A DNA stretch of 64,000 bases, taken from a virus. Taxonomy: Duplodnaviria; Caudoviricetes. The stretch spans positions 12,860 to 76,859 of IMG/VR virus record IMGVR_UViG_3300037067_017580. The stretch is one strand, 5' to 3'. This document shows, piece after piece, positions 37,001 through 46,122 of the stretch (positions within the stretch are counted from its first letter, which is position 1; every line of letters starts with the position of its first letter). The position numbers were made by a program, and so were the translations under genes. The notes below the pieces were generated by a model that ran no database searches, was not told where the DNA came from, and saw only the letters and a list, made by a program, of their open reading frames with translations.

Positions 37001-37231
37001 TTATCTAGTTTCATTCCAAGCCAACTTCCCAGATACAGTTTCTGTAGTGTTCTTTTTATTATATTTTTCTATTTCTTTTTTTAAATATGCATTTTCTTTT
37101 TCTAATGAATCAATATAAGATATAAGTTCTGCCATTCTTTTATCATATTTTATAGTTTCGCCATTTTTATTAAAAATCCATCCATCTTTTGGATCAAACA
37201 TATTAATTCCTCGAATAAAAAGAGTTTGCAA
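37001..37231 (-). CDS. Hypothetical coiled-coil protein
   Basis: Tiling ORF. Confidence 0.45.
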   Translation of the reverse strand: MQTLFIRGINMFDPKDGWIFNKNGETIKYDKRMAELISYIDSLEKENAYLKKEIEKYNKKNTTETVSGKLAWNETR

Positions 37232-37394
37232 TCATATTTCCACAGATTTTTTCATCACAAAATGTAAGCTCATTTAATCTTGCCGCTATCTCAAACAAAG
37301 CCGCACTGACAACCCCGTCTTCTGTAACTATTTCTCTAGATAATACATATGCCGCACTAACAAGAGTTGCTGTGCTACTTCTATGTTCTATCAT
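37203..37394 (-). CDS. Hypothetical protein
   Basis: Tiling ORF; ATGA overlap. Confidence 0.5.
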   Translation of the reverse strand: MIEHRSSTATLVSAAYVLSREIVTEDGVVSAALFEIAARLNELTFCDEKICGNMIANSFYSRN

Positions 37395-37822
37395 TTTTGC
37401 CCTTTAATGATAAAGCCTTTTTTATTTTCTCTCAACACTGGCTTATTAAAAGCGGCTTTCATCATATCTACACATTCTTTAATCTCTTCTAGTGTTTCTC
37501 CATATGGTGACATTGCTTCAACAGTTTGCATTTTTGGTTTCCCACTTTTATCGTAATAAACCTCTTTAATACAATAAAACTTTCCTGCGGTTGGATGATT
37601 GACCTCGACAACTCTATAATTCCATCCGTCTAGTCTATCCTCTGCCAAATCTTCGCACTTATGCTTTTTAAAACATTTTTCACAAAAATCCCAGCCACAC
37701 TTCTCGCAAAAAAGAGAATCATTATATTTTATTTTTTTATTACATTTTTTACAAATAATAATAGGCTCTTCTGAAAAGAAAATATCTTCTAATTTTTTCC
37801 CTGAAAATTTAAACTTATTCAT
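37391..37822 (-). CDS. Zn finger fused to a conserved phage domain
   Basis: CKKC/CEKC/CEKC then WNYRVV...EVYYD...GETLEE...KPVL. Confidence 0.65.
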   Translation of the reverse strand: MNKFKFSGKKLEDIFFSEEPIIICKKCNKKIKYNDSLFCEKCGWDFCEKCFKKHKCEDLAEDRLDGWNYRVVEVNHPTAGKFYCIKEVYYDKSGKPKMQTVEAMSPYGETLEEIKECVDMMKAAFNKPVLRENKKGFIIKGQK

Positions 37823-37879
37823 ATTTTTTCTCCAAGTTTTATAAAAGAAATATTTACAACTCCATTTGTCTTTACATAT

Positions 37880-38896
37880 TCAGAATATTCTTTTCTCATG
37901 CTTAATCAAAACCTTGTTAAACAACTCGTTCCATGCGGCATTAGACTTCTCTATATTATACTGATTTATGATGGTTTGTCTAGCATTTTCTGATATTTTT
38001 TTATAATTTTCTTCATCGCTGTGTAAAATATTTAAAATTTCTTCAGCTTCTTCAGCCGTGCTAAACAAATAGCCGTTTTCTCCATGTTTTATAAGTTTTT
38101 CCAATGTAGGATTAGAGGTAGATAACACAGGAACGCCGCAAGACATAGCTTCTAAAACCGTTGTTGGGATAACAGACCTATGACAAGTATTAATAAAAAC
38201 TTTACTTTTTGTATAGGAATCTACTAGTTCATTAACATCTTTTGCTGGTTTATATTCACCATTTGAAGAACTTCCCAAGTGCAAATATGAATATTGAGGA
38301 CACTTTTGTTTTATTTCTTCATAAAGAGTGTAATTTAATTCAGAATTTCTTTCTTTATAAAAATTAGCAACAGTTAAAATATGTGTTTTAACACCATTAT
38401 CTTCTCTTGGTTTAAAAAACTCATTATCAATAGCATGATTTATAACAAAACAATTGTCTCTACCTTCGCATCTCCACTCTTTTCTTTGGTCTTCAGTAAG
38501 AAAAACCATATAATCGCTTTTTTCATATACTTTTATATTTTCCATTGTATAATTAGACCAATTTTCAGGATGATAACAATATAAAAATGTAATATGCGGC
38601 AAATTAAAAGCTTTTGCAAGTTGTCCCATAAATTGCTGTTGTGATATCGTATTAGATATAAGAATATCGACACCAGAAGAACTTTTAAACTGGTCGAATG
38701 ATATTTCTATAATATTCCGTGGCCGCTTTCTGTATTCATCATTCCATTGTTTATTTTCAGGAGACTCTTTAATATGAATAAACTGGTGTCCGGTTTTAGC
38801 AATCTCTGCTTGAATAGCTTCGTGAGTAGAAAAAGAACCAATTCTTAACTTATCTTTGCGATTTATTGCCCGAAATAATGAAGTAAAATTATGCAT
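37880..38896 (-). CDS. GT4-like glycosyltransferase
   Basis: FINT...PTTVLEAMSCGVPVLST, HGENGYL. Confidence 0.88.
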   Translation of the reverse strand: MHNFTSLFRAINRKDKLRIGSFSTHEAIQAEIAKTGHQFIHIKESPENKQWNDEYRKRPRNIIEISFDQFKSSSGVDILISNTISQQQFMGQLAKAFNLPHITFLYCYHPENWSNYTMENIKVYEKSDYMVFLTEDQRKEWRCEGRDNCFVINHAIDNEFFKPREDNGVKTHILTVANFYKERNSELNYTLYEEIKQKCPQYSYLHLGSSSNGEYKPAKDVNELVDSYTKSKVFINTCHRSVIPTTVLEAMSCGVPVLSTSNPTLEKLIKHGENGYLFSTAEEAEEILNILHSDEENYKKISENARQTIINQYNIEKSNAAWNELFNKVLIKHEKRIF

Positions 38897-39131
38897 TAAC
38901 TTCCCCTTTTATTTTAAAATAATCTTCTGCATATTGATAAATTTCTGCTCCATATATTAAAACATAAAAAGCATTTTTTATTCTTTTTTTAATCTCAAAA
39001 AAACCACCATATGAAACTGGTTTAGCAACAAACCACGTATGGTTAATCAGTGTTTTTGTATCAATTAAGTTTTTGTCTTTTAATAATGTATCTATTAACA
39101 TTTTATTGCTTCTCCTATTACACTTTGCCAA
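38889..39131 (-). CDS. Hypothetical phage protein
   Basis: WFVAKP...RIKNAFYVL pattern; lies within the GT cluster. Confidence 0.55.
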   Translation of the reverse strand: MAKCNRRSNKMLIDTLLKDKNLIDTKTLINHTWFVAKPVSYGGFFEIKKRIKNAFYVLIYGAEIYQYAEDYFKIKGEVNA

Positions 39132-40006
39132 TTTTGAACAAATTTTTCTATATTAAACATCTTTTTAATAGTTTCTTTGCCATTTTGACCAATTTCTTTA
39201 GCTTTCTTTGGATTACTTAACAAAAAATCAATCATTGAAATTATTTCTAATACATCATTACTTTTAAAACCATTTTTTCCATTGTCTATAAAAAATGTTG
39301 CCACACTATCTATAGAAACCGTGGGAATTCCAACCGCCATAGCTTCTAATAACGAGGTAGGAAGAGTAGACCACTTAGCGGTATTCAAAAAAATAGCACA
39401 TTCAGAATATAGCTCTAATAGTTCCTTCTGGCTTGCAATTATTTTGTCTCCAATATGTAAACAATCAAAGCAATTGGCAATGGATTTCCATTCGTTATAG
39501 CCAAGAATATCATCTCTATCTTTAAAATTATAGGCCACAGATAATACTTTATCATTTTTTCTTTCCCATTCTTTATTTAAGAAATCATTCTGTGGTGCGT
39601 GTCCGACAATTCTATAATTATCGCCGTCTCCATATTTCCATATTTTTGCTTGTTCGATTGTGGTAAACACTTTTATTTTTGCCTTACACATTCTTTTTAT
39701 TTCTATAAGATATGGCAAATGGTGTTCTAACGGGAGACAATGTTCTGTTTCTATTATTGGAATTTTATTATCAGGAAAATTATTGATCAGTTCTCTTTGC
39801 TCAAAGGCAGAATTAGAGATTATAACATCTATTTTAGACAAATCAACATCTTTTATGTCAGAAGGAATAAAATTATCTGGAAGAGGACACTCCTCTATCT
39901 TCCACCCTTTCGGTCTTTCTGGACAATTAAGCAGATAAAAGGTGTGTCCTGTTCTGGCTAAATTGGACTGATACCCTTCATGGGTGGCAAATGTCAAAAT
40001 ATTCAA
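39095..40006 (-). CDS. GT4-like glycosyltransferase
   Basis: FLNT...PTSLLEAMAVGIPTVS, DNGKNGF; paralog of 37880..38896 (shared T/S-F-x-THE N-terminus). Confidence 0.88.
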   Translation of the reverse strand: MNILTFATHEGYQSNLARTGHTFYLLNCPERPKGWKIEECPLPDNFIPSDIKDVDLSKIDVIISNSAFEQRELINNFPDNKIPIIETEHCLPLEHHLPYLIEIKRMCKAKIKVFTTIEQAKIWKYGDGDNYRIVGHAPQNDFLNKEWERKNDKVLSVAYNFKDRDDILGYNEWKSIANCFDCLHIGDKIIASQKELLELYSECAIFLNTAKWSTLPTSLLEAMAVGIPTVSIDSVATFFIDNGKNGFKSNDVLEIISMIDFLLSNPKKAKEIGQNGKETIKKMFNIEKFVQNWQSVIGEAIKC

Positions 40007-41094
40007 AGAATTTCGCCAAATAATTTAGAGAACTCTTTACTGATGGTTGCCAATGAATATTCTTCCAATAAAATATTATTAATCTTAACAGGACTTTTTG
40101 TTAAATACACTCTTCTCATTGCTTCGACTGCCTCTAAAATATTAGGATTTTGCCAAACCTGTGAAGAATTATATAAGTATGGGCGGGGAGAATCTGCCAA
40201 GCAAGGAGCAAAGTTTTCTTTCAAAACATTATATTTTTTAGGCCAATTACATGCAAAATACAAATAATCATTTCCATAACAATTAGAAGTAATAATATCT
40301 TTGCCCATCACAGCAGCATCAAACATTGGCAAATTCCATGACTCACCGTGGCTTAGAGAAACATAAGTATCACATGTTTTAATAACATTTTCTACATGTT
40401 CTTCTGATAATTCTCCATGTGTGAACAGAACCTTAGGATAATTTTTAAGCTTCATTTTAGTTTTTAGCGTTTTTACTTTTTCAGCAAACTCATTCGCCCC
40501 AGCACTATCAGTTGCCAAGTGTAAAGACAAAATAACATTTTCATTATCCTGAAATGCAATAAAATATGCCATTACAATAGAAAATATGTTTTTTCTCTCA
40601 TTTAGCGTGGAAACGCTTGCAAAAACGTGTGTATCTTTATCGGTAAGTTGCGACTTAAAATCGTACTGTTTTTCTTCTATCTCTTGAGAAAATCCACAAA
40701 AAGGAATAGGAATTTTATAAGATTTTGTTATTTCAGACAATCTTTCATGCTCAAACTTATTTGCAACTATTCCAAAATCATAATAACTTTTTATATTATT
40801 AACCCAAGGCTCTGGCAGTGGATCCGCTTCCCAATAAAACAAGCATCCAGTTTTGGAATTAATTTTAGCATCGCAATAATCTGGAAGAGTATTTACAATT
40901 GTTAAATCTACATTTTGTACATCTTTTTTCTCTTCTTCTAAAAAATCAATACAGCCATTGTCACCGCCAAAAGAAACATTTCTAACAACTAAATCAATAT
41001 CTGCACAAGTTTTAATGGCTTTAATGTATCTACGAGATGCTGTTCCATATCCGGTATTTTCTTTATAGTTTGAAATAAATAATACTTTTTTCAT
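40003..41094 (-). CDS. GT4-like glycosyltransferase
   Basis: TGYGTASRRY, RKNIFSIV, SHGESWNLPMFDAAVMG. Confidence 0.82.
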   Translation of the reverse strand: MKKVLFISNYKENTGYGTASRRYIKAIKTCADIDLVVRNVSFGGDNGCIDFLEEEKKDVQNVDLTIVNTLPDYCDAKINSKTGCLFYWEADPLPEPWVNNIKSYYDFGIVANKFEHERLSEITKSYKIPIPFCGFSQEIEEKQYDFKSQLTDKDTHVFASVSTLNERKNIFSIVMAYFIAFQDNENVILSLHLATDSAGANEFAEKVKTLKTKMKLKNYPKVLFTHGELSEEHVENVIKTCDTYVSLSHGESWNLPMFDAAVMGKDIITSNCYGNDYLYFACNWPKKYNVLKENFAPCLADSPRPYLYNSSQVWQNPNILEAVEAMRRVYLTKSPVKINNILLEEYSLATISKEFSKLFGEIL

Positions 41095-42758
41095 CAGATT
41101 ACCCCAAAAGTGTCATTTTTGACAGATTTTACATATCCTACTCGTTTTTTCTCAAAGAAATTATATTTTTCAATAAAAGATTTAAATAACGCAGTTAAAT
41201 GATTTGGCCCAAAAGCTGATCTACTATATCCGTCTATTAAACAAACTCCAGAATTTATTGATTCTATTATTTCTCTAGTCTTGAATTCTGTAAAATATGG
41301 ATGTTTTGTTATATTATTTATAATCCATTCAGCCGCCTCGGCATAATTATTTCCAATTTCTGCTGGAACCTTAATATCTTCCTTCATAAAACATGGAGAA
41401 TCATTCCATCCAGGCAAACCAGAAATATCTATTTCGTCAAAAGCCCTTTCCCATATTTTAGCAGTATTTTCCCAAGTGAAAACTTCATCTGCACACTTTT
41501 TTGCCTCATCGCATTTTGATTGATACATCCCTGTTGGCATTGTAAGAACTTCATAAATCTTTTTAGCAAGACCGGAACGACTAAAATAGGCCCTCTTTTG
41601 CATCGTGTCGGCTTCTGTTGCCATTCTTTCTATCGGAACAATAAATCCTCCCCTATGTCTACCGTCTGGCGCTATTTCTTCACCTTGCTCTTGTGTAGCC
41701 GAATATGGAACCGCAATAACCGGGACGCCAACCTTTTTAAATTCAGAAAGCGGCATTCCCCATCCCTCTCCAATGCTCATAAGAACGCCAAGATCGGCAA
41801 GTTTCATTATTGCGCCAAGTTCTTTTCGTTTGATCCCATTATTAACACTGGTCATTGTCATAGATTTGTTTTTACACTTGCTACATTCGCATACTATCTT
41901 GTTTAAACGGCTAATAGCAACCGATTTACACTTATTACAAACATAGGTCGTTAAAATTCTATCAGCATAACCAGAATTTAAAATAGCCTGTGGCAAATCC
42001 CACCCGCGATCAGGATTTGAGGTATGAACATAAAAATAAACGTTATCGGCAAGCTTTTTGTTCTTTTCTTTGTATTTATTGATAAAAACTGATAAAGTTT
42101 CAAGAAAATCAGGGAACAATTTACGCATCTGATTACGAGCGACCATCATAACAATTTTCATATCTTGCGGAATGCCAAACATTTTACGAAGCTCTTCTTT
42201 AGACTCTGTTGGGCAAAACTCATCTTCAACGCCCGGAGACGCAACTAAAACATTGTTAATTTTGCCGTTAGACTCTTTTTCTAATGTTTCTTTACCAAAA
42301 TAACTATATGCGAGAACCTTGTCGCAAGAAGAATATGTATCAATCCAATTTGGCCGCTGTGGACAACTATCTACGGTTGGCATCCAAATAAATTTAAAAA
42401 ATCTACGATAAGGGCTTTTAGAAATATATGAGCTATACCAGTGGTCGAAAATACTCATAACAATATTTGGTTTAAAGTCTAGGCAAGCATCTTCAAACTT
42501 AAATGTTCCAAACTGAGCTTCTCCATTTTTAGAATAGAGATCTTGATATTGTTTATCTTCTCGACTTGGCATTACCGGATAAACTTTCCAATCTTTCTCA
42601 TAAATTCTTGGGTCATCCGGACTTGCATAGTTAGCAAATTCAGATATTTCATATTTACCAGTCTTGTTTAATCTTTCTAATACATTCTTATAATAAATAG
42701 CGAATCCAGAACTTAAAGAAGTAAATTCACTATGAACTAATATTCGTTTTTTTGCCAA
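41094..42758 (-). CDS. Large GT4-like glycosyltransferase with Zn-ribbon insert
   Basis: VARNQMRK, YFYVHT, CNKC...CSKC, GEGWGMPLSE, FTWENTA. Confidence 0.85.
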   Translation of the reverse strand: MAKKRILVHSEFTSLSSGFAIYYKNVLERLNKTGKYEISEFANYASPDDPRIYEKDWKVYPVMPSREDKQYQDLYSKNGEAQFGTFKFEDACLDFKPNIVMSIFDHWYSSYISKSPYRRFFKFIWMPTVDSCPQRPNWIDTYSSCDKVLAYSYFGKETLEKESNGKINNVLVASPGVEDEFCPTESKEELRKMFGIPQDMKIVMMVARNQMRKLFPDFLETLSVFINKYKEKNKKLADNVYFYVHTSNPDRGWDLPQAILNSGYADRILTTYVCNKCKSVAISRLNKIVCECSKCKNKSMTMTSVNNGIKRKELGAIMKLADLGVLMSIGEGWGMPLSEFKKVGVPVIAVPYSATQEQGEEIAPDGRHRGGFIVPIERMATEADTMQKRAYFSRSGLAKKIYEVLTMPTGMYQSKCDEAKKCADEVFTWENTAKIWERAFDEIDISGLPGWNDSPCFMKEDIKVPAEIGNNYAEAAEWIINNITKHPYFTEFKTREIIESINSGVCLIDGYSRSAFGPNHLTALFKSFIEKYNFFEKKRVGYVKSVKNDTFGVI

Positions 42759-42801
42759 AATTTATTCCTTTTATTGATATATTATTTATATATTTTGCTT
42801 A

Positions 42802-43506
42802 TTAATCTTCAATGGTTTTTTGTATATCAATACCAAAACTATATTTAAATTTATTATAGAAATTAATTCTTATAATATCATTTTTATTACTCTTTTTAAG
42901 TTCTTCTAAATATTTATAAAAATAATTTTTTAATACTTCAAAAATCTTCAAAGGATTTAAACAAAGATTAGGGCAATCTGAATTATCGTGTGAATATTTA
43001 ACATATCCTAGATTTTCTTCCATAATAAATTCACTCCCCGGATTAATTGACCCATAAAGAGGAATATTTGCCTGATATAAACCTTCGCAACATAATATAT
43101 TATAAAGAATCGCTGCACTATTTGTTAAATTATCTTCAATAATATCAATCAGTAAATTTATTTTATCACTATTTTCATCTTTTAAATATTTTCTAATAAA
43201 ATCTATAGAAGTATTTTTATCAAGAAACAATTTTCCTTCTCTATACTGACTAAAGGTATTAATCAATAATCCATCTAATGCTAAAATAACAAAAGAAAAA
43301 TGTCCATTTTTGGCAAGAACCTCGGTAGGTTCAATATACCATTTTTCTATTCTTTCTTTAAATGCATCTAAAATACAATTAAAAGACTTCCAATTAATAT
43401 CACTATAAAGCTTGTCTTTAGTAAAATGTCTTTTTTCTTTTACTGGAGTATAAGGCATTTCATTTGTTAATACACTATAAAAAACTCTATCATTTGCCAT
43501 AAACAT
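42802..43506 (-). CDS. Possible HEPN-like protein with degenerate active-site motif
   Basis: FKERIEKWY...FVILALDGLLINTFSQYREG...YNILCCEGLYQA in place of an R-x4-H motif. Confidence 0.4.
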   Translation of the reverse strand: MFMANDRVFYSVLTNEMPYTPVKEKRHFTKDKLYSDINWKSFNCILDAFKERIEKWYIEPTEVLAKNGHFSFVILALDGLLINTFSQYREGKLFLDKNTSIDFIRKYLKDENSDKINLLIDIIEDNLTNSAAILYNILCCEGLYQANIPLYGSINPGSEFIMEENLGYVKYSHDNSDCPNLCLNPLKIFEVLKNYFYKYLEELKKSNKNDIIRINFYNKFKYSFGIDIQKTIED

Positions 43507-43514
43507 ATCCTTTC

Positions 43515-43760
43515 CTATAAATTAAACAATTCATCCTTTTTTATTTCGTTTAAAAGATTTTCTAAATAATCTTCAAGTTCTCGCCCAGTAAATCCAAATT
43601 CTCGTGGCTCAAATTCAACTACATCATAGTAAAAATAACTATTATTTAATATCTTTTGGACAACAGTAATAAGTTCTTTTGCGTTTTTAGACAACGTTTT
43701 AGCAAAACCCTTCCCACCCAAACCAAGTATCTTTACAGCTAAAATGCATTCCGTATCCAC
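43515..43760 (-). CDS. Hypothetical protein
   Basis: Tiling ORF. Confidence 0.45.
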   Translation of the reverse strand: MDTECILAVKILGLGGKGFAKTLSKNAKELITVVQKILNNSYFYYDVVEFEPREFGFTGRELEDYLENLLNEIKKDELFNL

Positions 43761-44070
43761 TTCGAGTTGTTGTTAGTGTTTTACCTACTTCTCCAATAAT
43801 GGTCACGTCTTTTGCATCTTGTAAAAACGGTTCTTCGTTTGTTATATTACTATTTATACCAATAGATGGCTTAATTATAGCATAATATTTTTTTTCAAAT
43901 TGTATTAGCCCATAGTACACACAAGGGCCTTTTGTTCCATTTATATAACAAATTTTTGGAATTTTTACCATACTGCAATGTATATTTTCTTGTTTTTTGT
44001 AGCCATCTTTTTCTTGTCTTAAATATAGTTCTTTTACTAATTCATCAGAAGATGCTTCTAAAATATCCAT
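43699..44070 (-). CDS. Hypothetical protein
   Basis: Tiling ORF; GGAG RBS. Confidence 0.5.
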   Translation of the reverse strand: MDILEASSDELVKELYLRQEKDGYKKQENIHCSMVKIPKICYINGTKGPCVYYGLIQFEKKYYAIIKPSIGINSNITNEEPFLQDAKDVTIIGEVGKTLTTTRSGYGMHFSCKDTWFGWEGFC

Positions 44071-44073
44071 TAT

Positions 44074-44322
44074 TTATCTCCACTTTTCCCATTCAAGTTT
44101 ATCGTTGGATATTAGATTAAGAGTAGGAATAACAACAGGAACGATTTCTCTTCCCTTCTTACCATTTTCGTTTAATTTAAATGGTTTCGTATAAACAAAA
44201 TAACAATCATCTATACAGGCGGAAATGGCAGAGTCAAAATCTGAATAGATAGAGTTTATTCCATAGCTTTCATATTTTCCATCTTCGTCGTAAAAATATT
44301 CCCCAACAACATAAATATCCAT
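44074..44322 (-). CDS. Hypothetical protein
   Basis: AAGGGAG RBS. Confidence 0.55.
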   Translation of the reverse strand: MDIYVVGEYFYDEDGKYESYGINSIYSDFDSAISACIDDCYFVYTKPFKLNENGKKGREIVPVVIPTLNLISNDKLEWEKWR

Positions 44323-44323
44323 T

Positions 44324-44860
44324 TCACACTCCCTTAATTTTTATATTAAATATGTTTTCTTCTTTCTTCTCTTCTGCAACTGGAATTTCAATAGTAAAAA
44401 TACCATCCTTGGAAGAAATTTCTGCCAAATTAACATTCAGTTTATTCTCATTACCAACACCAAACTTTTGTACAAAGTTTCCATCTTTAAAACCAATAGA
44501 AATATCATAATTATAACAATTTAAAGCTTTTGCATAAAAAATTGTATCTTGAAGATATTTATTTGTTAGTTCATTTATATTGGCATATTTAATATCAGAA
44601 ACGCTGTATCCGGGAATTTTAATGGTAATAATACACTTATTATCCTTTTTTTCTACATTAAACCCATAAGAGTTTTCGTTTCTGCCAAAAATAGAATTAA
44701 AAAGATCTTGAAATTCTTTATTGCTTCTTTCCATATTCTCTCCTTTATCAATTTTCTTATCGACTAACTTATTATAACCACCATATAAAGTGTTATAAAA
44801 ATCGTTTATCTCGTCCATCAAAAGCTTTTCGTCAATTAGCTTACATTTTGTTTCCATCAA
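44324..44860 (-). CDS. Hsp20/alpha-crystallin-like small heat shock protein
   Basis: IITIKIPGYSVSDI...ISSKDGIFTIEIP. Confidence 0.65.
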   Translation of the reverse strand: MMETKCKLIDEKLLMDEINDFYNTLYGGYNKLVDKKIDKGENMERSNKEFQDLFNSIFGRNENSYGFNVEKKDNKCIITIKIPGYSVSDIKYANINELTNKYLQDTIFYAKALNCYNYDISIGFKDGNFVQKFGVGNENKLNVNLAEISSKDGIFTIEIPVAEEKKEENIFNIKIKGV

Positions 44861-45333
44861 AATGGTACCTCTGAATCAGAAAATTCTTGTCCTTCGTCAC
44901 GCTGTTGCTCTTGCTGACCTTGTGGCTCTTGTTGTTCGTCTCTGTTTGTTTGTGGTTTCTGATATGACGGTTTGTTATATGGCTTCTTTTGATATCCACC
45001 ACCATTTCCACCCTTGTTATCTCCGTCCGAATTTCCCCAAACTATGTTTGTTTTTAATACAGTAAACGAAACTCCATGAATTTTAACACTATCTTTATTG
45101 AGATAAGTGTTGTCTCGAAGAAAACCAACAACATCTACCTGTTTCCCCTTTTTAAGATATTGCGAAATGCTTGCTGGCTCACTTGAAGTACAATTAAAAA
45201 ATAAAGACTTTTCTTTGTCTCCAAGAACATCATTAGTTGCTACTGTGAAAACAAGATAATCTCTACCGTCTTTTGTTTTCTTAACTTCTGCGTCCTTAAC
45301 TAATCTGCCACCACTAATTGTAAATGTGTTCAT
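44857..45333 (-). CDS. ssb: Single-stranded DNA-binding protein
   Basis: GRLVKDAE, FTVAT, YLKKGKQV.V.G.L; Gly/Gln-rich linker; acidic tail SDSEVPF. Confidence 0.92.
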   Translation of the reverse strand: MNTFTISGGRLVKDAEVKKTKDGRDYLVFTVATNDVLGDKEKSLFFNCTSSEPASISQYLKKGKQVDVVGFLRDNTYLNKDSVKIHGVSFTVLKTNIVWGNSDGDNKGGNGGGYQKKPYNKPSYQKPQTNRDEQQEPQGQQEQQRDEGQEFSDSEVPF

Positions 45334-45357
45334 TCATTTCTCCTTATTTTAAAAAAA

Positions 45358-45546
45358 TTAACTAACCTTAACAATTTTTGCAATAATTTGATCTTCTGGA
45401 ACCAACTCTTTTTTAGCAATTCTTGCGTCTTTTCTTGACACAAAAACATTATACATTGATAATTCTTTTTTGCCATATAAAACATTTGACGTTGTAGGAT
45501 TTCCTTTTTCGTCAACAATCGCCCAAAGATAATCTTTTACTTGCAT
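45358..45546 (-). CDS. Hypothetical protein, paralog of 3883..4092
   Basis: YLWAIV...NVFVSRKDARIAKKELV. Confidence 0.65.
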   Translation of the reverse strand: MQVKDYLWAIVDEKGNPTTSNVLYGKKELSMYNVFVSRKDARIAKKELVPEDQIIAKIVKVS

Positions 45547-45559
45547 TTTCTTTTCTCCA

Positions 45560-45793
45560 TTAATTTAAAACCTTAAAATCTTCTTCTAACATCGTCTCCA
45601 ACCAATTATCAGCACACAAACGTTTAAAAAAATGTTTCTCGTCATCAAAATAAAACGTTTCTCTTAGTTGCCCATGAGTTAAACTAATTTTATTATCTGA
45701 TACAACCAGAGAAAATTTCCTAGATCTTAATGCTTTCCCTTTTCTGGCCTCTATACATGCTTCTAAAAATTTCATACAATTTGATACTCGCAA
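45560..45793 (-). CDS. Hypothetical protein
   Basis: Tiling ORF. Confidence 0.5.
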   Translation of the reverse strand: MRVSNCMKFLEACIEARKGKALRSRKFSLVVSDNKISLTHGQLRETFYFDDEKHFFKRLCADNWLETMLEEDFKVLN

Positions 45794-46122
45794 ACTAAAT
45801 CAAAATTTTGTATTTGATAGGCAGCACCCATTGTCGTTGCAAAAATAGCCTTTTCTCTAAAATCGAGATAAACATATTCGTCTCCAAATTTAAGTTTTTT
45901 ACCACTTAAAAGTAAAGATATCGCTTCTACTCCTGAAACTGTTCTTGGCCCATCTAATTCTTCCCATTTTGCATCTAGGTTTGAAGGAGTCGGTGTTACA
46001 TAGATAGAAGTTCCTTCAAATTCAAAATTGCCAAGAGAAGAAACTATGGCAATTTCACTAGTTCCAGTCTTTTTTACTCTTTTCCCGCCTTTTGCGGATA
46101 AATATGCTTCATAATAATTCAT
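45772..46122 (-). CDS. Hypothetical protein
   Basis: ATGA coupling to the upstream GT. Confidence 0.55.
   Translation of the reverse strand: MNYYEAYLSAKGGKRVKKTGTSEIAIVSSLGNFEFEGTSIYVTPTPSNLDAKWEELDGPRTVSGVEAISLLLSGKKLKFGDEYVYLDFREKAIFATTMGAAYQIQNFDLVCEYQIV

Noticed and set aside
36992-37009. Tandem 9-nt duplication TTATCTAGT
   Set aside because: Only two copies; simply encodes KLD-KLD in a small - strand membrane ORF
42783-42790. T4-type late promoter TATAAATA upstream of the GT array
   Set aside because: Expected by chance in AT-rich DNA, also occurs inside CDSs, and no gp55-like sigma is seen
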